64,000 nt of DNA from Flaccisagitta enflata (lineage: Eukaryota). Position 1 is the first letter of the stretch. Every line of letters starts with the position of its first letter. The DNA is taken from contig OZ231126.1 of assembly GCA_965153355.1 (NCBI GenBank), forward strand, positions 45,260,001 through 45,324,000. The letters run 5' to 3'. Shown here one piece after another: positions 45,870 to 55,725 of the stretch. The notes below the pieces were generated by a model, which saw nothing but the letters and a program-made list of their open reading frames with translations, did no database searches and was not told the origin of the DNA. Made by a program: the position numbers and the translations under genes.

Positions 45870-48749
45870 GAAAAGAATGAATTTATGAAGATAACAAGAA
45901 GGATTCGAGGTCGGGTGTGACCGACAATATAGAATTCTAACGGTGAAACATTTATCAAAGAAATCATACACAATGTGTTGCGCTGTGTTATATCTTTTGA
46001 GAGCCTCTTGAAAGTTGGCACGTGCTCTTACTCAGGAAATAATAATAATTAAAAAAAAACAATGTAGAGAGGTATTACGAAGAAACCTGTCAAAAGAGAA
46101 AAAAATACTGATAAGCGACCAGAATAATAAAAAAAAATTTGTTTTAAGAAAAAAGCAGAAAAGGCGTGATAATTTAGAAGAAAAAAAGAGGGGGGAAAAA
46201 GTCGAAAATACGTTACCGAAATTTTCTACGATCTAGTCGACCTTATAAGCATTCCCTGGAAACCAAGTTTTTTTCCCCCAGACATTGTTTTCTTCTTCTT
46301 CCTTTGCCCATCATTCCTCCTCACTTCTTCCTTCACCCCAGCCGCTATCTTTACTGACTTGTTTTTCATTTTTTATTGAAAATTGAATGGTTGCCTAATC
46401 CAAAGTGTACCAGCAAATTACGAGCAATGAAGATTATACAATCTGTCAAATCAACGAAGTTGAAATAAATAAGTTCTCTAAAAACTGTTGTTTAAGTTGC
46501 GGAAAGGCGACTATTAACGGTGCTTTGTTCATCGGTCGGTTCGTGTGTGTTCTTTGGTTGGTCAGACTGTCAGTCCATTTGTGCTTCCACAGTTAAAACC
46601 TTTCGTTTCTTTACGCGATTTCCTTGTTTTCCTTAAAATTAAATCATTGAAATCAAATCTTCACGTATCGTTATAACTTCTACTTTAAGAGGACGCATCT
46701 TATCTATTGGACAACTCTTGGCACTATTCTCTTTCCCTCTTCGCACTTTTTGTCATTTTTTCTTTCGTTCATCGGCAACGAAAAACATCATTATTGGTTT
46801 CTCGGTAAGGCAACGAAGTTTTTTTCCTTTGGCCCCTAAGCGGCCTCTTAGAGAAGTTCTAAGCGGCTGCGTTCGGGCCTTAATGACTTTTTCCTAGCCA
46901 CCTTTTTTCTTGCTTCTTCGCGAACAAGGAGCAGTTTGTTTTTCTAACGAATGAGAAGATTTCATGGCCAGTGTTGTTCAGGTTTTCATTTTTCTCGATT
47001 GACAATTGACAACTTTAGACTTAAGATTCAAGCGTCAGAATTCTGAGTTAAGGTCTTATTTTCTTTAGCTTTTTTTTCACACACAAACCATGTTATCATC
47101 TTCCTTCTTATTTGATCTCTGTTTCCCTCTTTCTTCATTTTCCTTCGTCTTCTTCATTTTTTTAAAATCCGTTTCTTTCAATTTTTCTTCTTCTTCTTCT
47201 GCTTCATTTCCATTTTCATTTTCATTTTCATTTTCATTTTCGTTTCATTTTCATTTTCATTTTTATTTTTATTTTCATTTTTATTTTTTCTCTTATTTTT
47301 ATTTTCATTTTCATTTTTTTTTTTCATTTTCATCTTCTTCTTCTTCTTCTTCTTCTTCTTCTTCTTCTTCTTCTTCTTCTTTTCACTTTCATTTTCATTT
47401 TCTTCTTTTTTCTCTTTCTTCTTCGTCTTCTTCTTTTGCTTCCCCATTTACGCGTTCATGTTGTTCCTATATCTCAGCCTGTTTCTTCTCCATCTCCTTC
47501 TCCTCCTCCTCCTCCTCCTCCCTCTCCTGCGCCCCCACAAATGCCGCGCCATAACAAAAAGAAAGGTTAGAAGTCGTTTTTCCATCGATCCCCGGAGTCT
47601 TGAACCATGAAAAGGTTTTTTTTCCCGAAAAAATTCTCACTAATGGTGAGGTGGATTTTTGAAAATGAGCGGGGAAAAGCAATCAAAGAGGAAGGGATGA
47701 GGAGAAGAGGGGGCCTTGGTTTGCGAGGGATGTAAGCGTTCATAATACTTAGAAAAAAAAACTGAATAGGATGAGCAATATGAAATGAGCGCAAATGAAT
47801 GACTTGAATGTAATGAATTCTAAATCTTTGCAGATTGGAGCGGAGAGGGCAATTCACTGAAAGAAATAAACGTTTGAACTTAGTACTTATTCATACCGTA
47901 TGGCATGGTAGTTGCGGAAGGAAGCAATATGAAGCGATCAGCAATCATCAGTCTTGGAAGTTAGACATCGAGGTGTTTAAAAAGGTTCTGTTTGATCAGC
48001 GTTAATGATTAACGTCCAGGTAGTTGATAAATAAGGGACAAATGAACAGATCGTCCAACAAAATTAACAAATACAGTATAAATACGTAGACTGTGATAAA
48101 CAGAGAGCAGGGCAGAAAACCTCGGAAACAGATGAAAAAAAAAAACAAAACAAAAGAAGATTAAGGAAGTTTACGCGCGTGGCAGTTGAGTTGGTTGTGA
48201 TGGTGATAATCATCATTACGCTCTTTGATAATCACAAGTTGATAGGATTAATGATCTCCCCCTTTCCTTTCTCGAACCACATGTGAATTTATGATCTACT
48301 AGGCGGAGTTATCGTCCGTCAATCCTCCAATCACGAAGTAGCTTTTCATTCTCTCGACCAATGAGATGGCGAGAATTAAGAGGTCCCCTTACTCTTTGGC
48401 GTAATCGCGCGGCGCCCTCTGTGGTGCGCATGATTTGAATCGGCGCTCGCCGCAGGTGCGAAAAACCTCGTTTCAAACAAATTAATAAATGAACAACATT
48501 TTCTTCCAGGCGGGAGCTTAGCATCATTTTTCTATCCTGGCCTAGTGGCACTGCATCGGCGATGACGTTTAGAAGCGAGACAAGGCCATATACAAGGCTG
48601 CCCAAAAAACGTGTAGGAGGGCAGGGACAGCGATAAAGAAGTCAGCAGAGGCATTTGGGAAGAGACAGTTAGGCCGAAAAGCTCGAAATTGGTAAATAAC
48701 ATAAAAGTCATTCACCAAAGAATGAAGAGAACAATTAGGTGTACATTTT

Positions 48750-48885
48750 AACAAGGCCAAGTAGGTCAATAAGGTGCGACGTGTGGATCGTCGAACGAAT
48801 GCGTTACCCGACAGACAGACAGTCAGACAGACAGACAGACCAATGGACACAGCCAGTTATTGAGGTGCTTTGTCGCACCTAAAAA
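48750..48885 (-). mobile_element. HINE family D copy
   Basis: Reverse complement of the 20857 and 26677 copies. Confidence 0.85.
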
Positions 48886-50191
48886 TGTAGCGCTTCCATA
48901 GGTCGAAAGCTTTCCTGATAGCTGTCCTTATTTTATGAAGCAATGTTTCCTGCCTTTCTGATAAAATTACACTTTTGTACGGATGGACAATTTCTGAGCA
49001 ATATTGCTCCATGCTCCTGATGTCGACTTTGAACTTCCTACCGGTTTTAAAAGTCTCATTTGGCACTACTGTCCCAACATTGCAATAGGAAATGTCAGTC
49101 TGTCCTCATTGGGTTAGAAATATGGAGTCAATCGTTGAAGGATTTGCGGCTTCAATGCTTAAGTTGCCTGTGCAGGATTTTGTGGTTTGCGCGTAGGATC
49201 TTGAGCTTTATTGTCCGCAATTTATGCTCCATGGACTTGAGCCTGAAGGTTAGCACTTTTGCCACAAAATAGGGATTTCTGATATTACAAAATTAACTAA
49301 GTATTTTTTCAAAGAATGATCATAAAAGCAGGAAGATGGGAAATGCAAAGGACGCATCTTGTCACTCTACCAATCACCTTTTCTAGTGGCGCGTCTCCCG
49401 CGGAATATGCGGTTACCCTTCCCAGATTCTGGGAAAAGCTATTATATCACTGTTTCTATGGAAGTCAACGTGACGGAATCAGTCAAGGAGGCCAGCAAAA
49501 ATGTAATATCAGAATTTAGTCACCCGCTTTCTAGGGGGCCCAAGACTGATACATAGTCAAATTGTAATAAAGCATGGTCTTAACTTGTACAATTTTGCTA
49601 TCACTATCCACTGAGTCAATTTTTAGAAAAATCTAATCATGTTAAAAACTTAAGTTTTGACTAAGTTCTCTACAAAAGGTCACTGTGGTCAAACGAAGCC
49701 GCTGTAACTAAATGTAGATTAACCGTAGTATCTCTGAAGCATGCTGATTCCAAATCTGTTTTCATTTTTTGTGTGCGATGACGCCCTAAGACGCCACAAT
49801 AAAAAGAAACAGCATATGTTTTACTAAAGAAATCAAAGGAGAACCTCAATTTACTTCCTCAAATCTGTTTTGTTTTAAGTGAATGATGTTACTGATCAGT
49901 TGAGAAAGTGACAGAAACGTCAACAAACATATAATTACAGAGATATTTTTTGAAATGCACAAATTTCTCAAATTCTACCATGTGATATATCAAATGAAGG
50001 CTAAAACAATTCTCCTTCTAATAATGATGAAGAATTTTATTTTCAAATTAATCCAAATTCTTGGTTTACTTCCCTACTGTTTCAGTTTCTCTGCACGCGA
50101 ATAGGGTTTTTTATCCTTGCTTTTATTTCTTTTTCTTCGCATATTAAAACAAGGACCTCTTTGGAGTAAAAAGAAAATCATTTGACTGGAA

Positions 50192-50253
50192 AGATAAGGC
50201 GTCGACAAGAAAAAAACATATGATTGAGATAAACAAAGAATCTGGTATATAAA
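50192..50253 (+). promoter_or_regulatory. Core promoter of protease gene 1: TATA box with GATA and Fox-type sites
   Basis: TATATAAA at 50246-50253, 62 nt before the ATG; AGATAA at 50192-50197 and 50227-50232, the latter overlapping TAAACAAA at 50230-50237. Confidence 0.7.
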
Positions 50254-50307
50254 CCCAACTGAAAGCAAGAAGCAATATTCCCTTCAAAATCTTCCATTCC
50301 AATAAGA

Positions 50308-50439
50308 ATGAATTGGTTTATTAGCGTGTTGGTGGTGGTTTGTTTGCCGTCGGTCGCCTGGAGTGACTGCGGCCGCAGTTACTACGGAAACAGGGTCGTT
50401 GGCGGCAGGGAGGCGACACCCAACAGTTGGCCATGGCAG
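50308..50439 (+). CDS. Protease gene 1 exon 1 (signal, propeptide, VVGG...WPWQ)
   Basis: ATG at 50308; donor CAG|gttcag at 50440, at the same codon as in gene 2. Confidence 0.92.
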
Positions 50440-52292
50440 GTTCAGTATTACAGGTCCAAAATGCCGATGAATGACTTCATTCTCTTTCTCACTCATGGTG
50501 GAGTAGTTATGAAAACAAGTGACGCGGGCTCACAATATCGTTGCAGACGGGTGGGCAGGGGCAGCCAACCCCCATCCACACCCAATGCCCCACCCAACCC
50601 CCCTGCCAATACAGACCCATACACAAAAAGCTTCTAAAATGCTAGTTTTCCCACTTTTCGACTCATACTCACAAATGGACAGACGGACCGACGGACCAAC
50701 GGATGGACGGACAAAGCCTCTTATAGAGTTGCGTGTCCGCAACTAAAAAGCAACAGGTCGCCCAAGGGCAATATGTGGTCAGCGATACCCGTTGCCCTGC
50801 TTTGCATGATTGTGAATTTGTGTGAGGGGAAGCAGGGCAGCGGCCCCGAAGGGGACAAAGTCCTGTAGAAAACAGGGGGACTTTCGTTCGTCCTACCTGA
50901 AAACGTAGATGAGATGCTAAAATCAGCTTATTGAAGGCCCCCAAGAGTCTGAAGGCTTTCCCAAGGCTTATTTGAGGCCTGAGAGGCCAAGTTTGAGGCC
51001 ATGAGGCCTGACAGGCCGGATTTGAGGCCTGTCAGGCCAGATTTGAGGTCTGACAGGCCAGATTTGAGGCCTGAGAGGCCAGATTTGAAGGCAGGACTTT
51101 AGGCTTGAGAGGCCAGATTTAAGGCCTGAGAGGCCTAATTTGAGGTCTGACAGGGCTAATTTAAGGCCTACTAGGCCAGGTTAGAGGCCTGACAGGCCGG
51201 ATTTGAGGCCAGACAGGCCAGATGAGACCTGATAGGCCGGATTTGAGAGGCTGGATTTGAGGCTTGAGAGGCCAAATTTAAGGCCTGACAGGCCAGATTT
51301 CAAGCCTGAGAGGCCAGATTTGAGGCCTGAGAGGCCTGATGGGGGGGACGGATGGATGAATGGACGGATGAACGAACGGACGGAGGGATGAACGGAGGGA
51401 TGAACGAAAGTTCCTGTGTTCTATGTACTGCGCTTGAGTGCTGATCAAAAAAACAAAACAAGGTCATTAGACCTAAGTCGCGTGCGTCGGCATTTTCAGA
51501 AAAGGTTGGAAAGACAGACAGTCAGACAGACAGACAGTCTAAAACTTTTAAAATTTTGTGACAGACAAATAGACGGATGGACGGATGGAGGGACAGACGG
51601 AGGGATGGACCAACAACAGATGGACTAACATTATAACAGGCTGACCAACAAGTGCTTATTGATGCCTAAAATCCTTTGAAATGTCTTAAAAACATTTTTA
51701 ATACCTTTTAAACGACTTTGTGACGGACGGGCATACTGACGGATGGACATACCGACGGACAGACTGACGAACCAAAAAGAGGCATATAGAGTCGTGAAAC
51801 TCGCGACTAAAAAAAAGAGAAAAAGAAAAAACATAGAAGAAATGAGCCGCCAACCCCTGATTGGTTTGATGAGTTTAAGCAAGTTATTAGAAAATGACCA
51901 GTTTGGGTGTCAAAGCTATGTTTTTTTTTTTGAGAGGATCAACTTTTCAAAGTTGGTGTTTTTTCAAGTCGATAGTTTCCTTGGAAACGACTACCATATT
52001 CACGATGACCACAATAGACAAGCAACTCTACTTAGATGAAGGTCCTACGACCCTACTAAAATATTATGCTACTCATTGAGGAGAAAAAGAACTGTTGAAT
52101 TCAGGTGTCCCTTCAAGTGAGAGGAGGTCACATGTGCGGTGGGTCCATCGTAGCACCCGGATGGATCTTAAGCGCAGGTCATTGCTTCCTGAATTACAAA
52201 TATCCGAATCAATGGAAGGTCGTTGCTGGAGAGCATGATCTTAGGAGACGTTCTAGACGCGAACAAGTCAGAAATGTGCAACAGTAAGAAAC

Positions 52293-52333
<41 letters not shown>

Positions 52334-54732
52334 GCATAAAGAAAGACAATGATTGACAATCACTGTTTTGTTCGCGCGTAATTATTATGACGTAGCTCTA
52401 TACTCTATCCTCTATGTATCTCATCGTGCCGGCTAATCCATCTGCTTCAGCCAGGGAGCTAGTAATATTCATTTTATTATGCTGCCATGCCCTGAATCGT
52501 TCCGTGTTCACAGAATCATCAGACACCCCGGATATCGTGGTGGGATCAAACCTTTCGATATGGTCCTCATGAAACTTGACTCCGATCTTATTTACAACCA
52601 GGCAGTTCAACCTGTGTGTCTCCCCACTCAGGTAAAACTCGCTTGGTTTTTTTTTGTGTTGTTTTTTTAGGTGCGCCTCTATAACTGACTGTGTCCGTCT
52701 GTCTGTTGGTCAGTCTGTCTGTCGGCAACGCATTCGTACGACGATCTACACGGCGCACCTTTTTGGTCGACTTGGCCTTGTTAATTTTTGATAAAAGGAA
52801 CGATTAGCACAATTTGAAATTTGTTTTACACGCTTCAGTAGATTTCTCCAGGATAGAGCCGGCGTCTCATGAGAGCAGTAACAACAACAATTTGCGTCCC
52901 CTTCACGAACAGACTTAATCGAAATCGGGCAAAGTGATCAAAATGATGTCTCATTCTCAGGGAATATCTGATGATCTGACGCAAAGGAACTGCATGCTTA
53001 CTGGATGGGGTAGAACGGTTGGTCCCCAGGACTCGACGAAATTGCAACAGGTACAGAGCTGTCCGGGACTCTTTTTCCATATATACGCTTTTATCGGAAG
53101 AATTCAAACAAATTATCATTATTATCATCACTGTTTCTATTTTCGTCAACATAAAATGCGACAATCCATACATCAATCAAAATCACAGTACTACGGTCTA
53201 CTAGTTACGAGGCAGGATGATAAGTGAGAAAAAAAATCGGGGGGGGGGGGGGGAGACAAAGACAAATCAAGTTCTAGGGAATTCGACTACGTTCATTTTC
53301 TTCTGGCTTGATCACTCAATATACCTGTTACCTATATCTGTTCCTACTGTACCTATACCAAGGTGCTGACTAATAAGATCTGTCAATCATGTCTTTATTC
53401 AGCAACACAGTATTTCACGAGACATATTAATGATATAATGAATCATAATTTATATTCATATTATGAATATTCTGAATATTCTGAATATTATCTATTTTTA
53501 CGATTTATGATGGACACGTAACTTAGTGCCAAACAACTATCAGGTTGGCGGTCCAATCGTGAGTCATTCTTCTTGTCGACGCGTTTGGGGAAGACAAATT
53601 GTCGACCAGCAAATCTGCTTCGGAACTGGTCTTCAAGGAGGTTGTCAAGGCGACAGCGGCGGTCCTTTGGTCTGCCGTGGAAACGCCGGTCAATGGATCC
53701 AAGTCGGAGTCGTCTCGTGGGGCAACGTTAAATGCAAGGTACAATTAACAAGATCTATAACGATCGAAAGACGATCAAAAAATGCATCTGAAAACGCAGG
53801 ATATGTCTGAACAAGACCAAATAGAAGGTGCGACGTGTGGATCGTCAAACGAATGCGTTACCGACAGACCAACCGACCCAACGAGCAACAAACCGACCAA
53901 CCAACGGACACAGCCAGTTATAGTGGTGCTTCGTCGCACCTAAAAACGAAACTGCTTCTTGATAACATGGACATGACTGTGCGAGAATTTTAAACTGCCT
54001 TGACGTACAACTTGGATAAAAAAAAAAGACGCACCTATCTAATAATTAGTAAAACAGATATAAGAAATGATTTTAACTATTTTTAAGAAAGACATTTTGA
54101 AATATTTTTAAAAAATCTTTCATTCTAGACCAATCCCAGATCTGTATCTCAAACGGTTTAGGAGCTAGAGTTCTGCAAAGAGAAGCACTATTTTGCTAAA
54201 ATGCATTTTTTTCATAGGGATTGCAAAACTGAAATAGGCAATGTCTGAACTATTTTTAAGAAAGACATTTTGAAAGATTTTCAAAAAATCTTTCATTCTA
54301 GACCAATCCCACACGGTTCAGGAGCTAGAGCTCTGCAAAGAGAAGCACTATTTTGCTAAAATGCATTTTTTTCATAGGGATTGCGAAACTGAAATAGGCA
54401 ATGTCTGATGCCATTTGTAAACGAAAAAAGATAGCAATACCAGATTGGCGCCAAATGAAAGTACTTTCAAAGGGCTTCAGAATGACCTAGGATTTTCTAT
54501 AGTTTATTGAAGATTTATTAGTTAAATCAACCATTTAAAAGTGCGTCTTTTTTTTTTTATCCGCGTGGTACTAAAACTAACAGTTATCCCATGAAAATAA
54601 GTTCCGTTGCCGGGACTCTGTATTTGGTATAACACATTTCTCTCAAAAATCCCGCAACAGGTGAGAGGTTCTCCCACGGTCTTCACGCGTGTGTCAAGCA
54701 TGACTTCGTGGATCAGAAAATACATCGGTTGA
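50308..54732 (+). CDS. Secreted S1A serine protease, chymotrypsin/elastase-like (gene 1), 6 coding exons, 261 aa
   Basis: Exons 50308-50439, 52105-52283, 52514-52631, 52961-53050, 53544-53738 and 54661-54732 join in frame across GT-AG introns (phases 0,2,0,0,0). Signal peptide MNWFISVLVVVCLPSVAWS; propeptide DCGRSYYGNR|VVGG; triad motifs SAGHC, FDMVLMKL and GDSGGP; 10 Cys after the signal peptide in the chymotrypsinogen pattern; ends PTVFTRVSSMTSWIRKYIG*. Confidence 0.95.
50514..50749 (-). mobile_element. HINE family C copy in intron 1 of gene 1
   Basis: aacaagtgacgcg...gggtgggcagggg...(GACG)n...AGTTGCGtgtcCGCAACTaaaaa. Confidence 0.8.
50752..51423 (-). mobile_element. Family B element with a long 21-bp array (GGCCTGAGAGGCCAGATTTGA) in intron 1 of gene 1
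   Basis: First 140 bp nearly identical to 9395-9535; array at about 50970-51340; second inverted repeat truncated. Confidence 0.85.
51457..51815 (-). mobile_element. HINE-like variant in intron 1 of gene 1
   Basis: aacaagg...agtcgcgtgcgtcgg start, GACG/GACA tracts, agtcgtgaaactcgcgactaaaa end. Confidence 0.65.
52105..52283 (+). CDS. Protease gene 1 exon 2 (catalytic His)
   Basis: ttcag|GTG...CA|gtaaga; VSLQVRGGHMCGGSIVAPGWILSAGHCF. Confidence 0.94.
52514..52631 (+). CDS. Protease gene 1 exon 3 (catalytic Asp)
   Basis: cacag|A...CAG|gtaaaa; IIRHPGYRGGIKPFDMVLMKL...PVCLP. Confidence 0.93.
52664..52782 (+). mobile_element. HINE family D copy in intron 3 of gene 1
   Basis: ttttaggtgcg...aacgcattcgtacgacgatctacac...cttggccttgtt. 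Confidence 0.8.
52961..53050 (+). CDS. Protease gene 1 exon 4
   Basis: ctcag|GGA...CAG|gtacag; CMLTGWGRT...KLQQ. Confidence 0.93.
53544..53738 (+). CDS. Protease gene 1 exon 5 (catalytic Ser)
   Basis: atcag|GTT...AAG|gtacaa; GGCQGDSGGPLVC...GVVSWG. Confidence 0.95.
53810..53946 (-). mobile_element. HINE family D copy in intron 5 of gene 1
   Basis: aaggtgcgacgtgtggatcgtc...ggtgcttcgtcgcacctaaaaa. Confidence 0.8.
54008..54568. mobile_element. TA-flanked MITE with an internal tandem duplication of about 165 bp, intron 5 of gene 1
   Basis: TA|caacttggataaaaaaaaaagacgcac / gtgcgtcttttttttttatccgcgtgg|TA; 54075-54247 is repeated at 54248-54407. Confidence 0.75.
54661..54732 (+). CDS. Protease gene 1 exon 6 (C-terminus)
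   Basis: aacag|GTG; VRGSPTVFTRVSSMTSWIRKYIG-TGA. Confidence 0.92.
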   Translation: MRGSPTVFTRVSSMTSWIRKYIG

Positions 54733-54900
54733 GAAGATTTTTTTTCTCGAAATTTCAGAAACTCACTATCTCATCTCGAATTCGCTTTCCTTCATCCTAA
54801 TGATATCAATTTTATTCTCGAGTTTTGCGGCCGTTTTTGACGAAAGAGATGAAGATGAACAAAAAGAGAAAAACGATTTTTAGATTTTTGCTGAGGGTTG

Positions 54901-54921
54901 TAGCTTTTTGATTCTTTTTAG
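54901..54921 (+). promoter_or_regulatory. Unpaired U-rich 3' splice acceptor upstream of gene 2 ATG (candidate trans-splice site)
   Basis: tagctttttgattctttttAG|G, 29 nt before ATG 54951; no GTRAG donor between the gene 1 stop and this site. Confidence 0.55.
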
Positions 54922-54950
54922 GTTACAAAAAGTGAAATTGACAATTAAAA

Positions 54951-55079
54951 ATGCTAGCGTTGCTTTGCATCGTGGGGGCAATCTTGCCCGGAATTGCCTT
55001 GGGAGAATGCGGACGCAGCTTTGCCCACAACAGAATCGTCGGGGGAGTCACGGCCGCGCCAAACAGCTGGCCTTGGCAG
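54951..55079 (+). CDS. Protease gene 2 exon 1
   Basis: aaaaATG; signal peptide, R|IVGG...WPWQ|gtaatg. Confidence 0.92.
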
Positions 55080-55656
55080 GTAATGGCTAAACTAGGACTA
55101 ATACACTGCTAGCCCATTTGAGCGCGTGTAGGCTGCGTCGGTGATGGATAAGGTCACGAGGACGTTTAGACTGGAGCGATGCAGTGAGGCGATGCAGTGA
55201 ACGTCAAAGAGCAAAAGGTTGATGAAATGACTGGCCAACCTACCAATCAACAAATTGACAGACCAACTTAGTAGGGAGTAGGATCGCGCAGCATGTGATC
55301 AAAAATGACGAATTTGAGTCAATCTATTCTGGAGATAAGGACTCATCGCGCGTGGCCACTTAAATTGCCTTTACAGATAATTCAATGCACTATGAGGCGA
55401 CATTAGAGACATTCCGGGTCTGCCTTATCTAAGAAAATGAATATTACATTATGCAAATTAATATCAAAAGGTTTCTCTGCAATACAATGGCCAACATCTG
55501 TGCGGTGGTTCTGTAGTGGCCCCTGGATGGATCTTGAGCGCTGGTCATTGCTTCAACTCATTCCCACTCGCCAATGATTGGAAAATCGTGGCGGGAGAAC
55601 ATGACCTTAGAAGGCCATCTGGCAAAGAACAAGTCAGAGATGTCCAAATGTGAGTT

Positions 55657-55725
<69 letters not shown>

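Noticed and set aside
48412-48426. CTCF-like site (reverse strand CCACAGAGGGCGC)
   Set aside because: Only the core matches and the spacing is off by one; a single motif hit is not supportable.
50970-51340. Regular 21-bp repeats as a CRISPR array
   Set aside because: Head-to-tail minisatellite with no unique spacers, inside a transposon in a eukaryotic intron; no cas genes.
54922-54950. Single two-domain fusion protease via the 54921 acceptor
   Set aside because: The frame leading to ATG 54951 contains TGA and needs a phase-1 donor, which gene 1 lacks; both genes have their own signal peptides.
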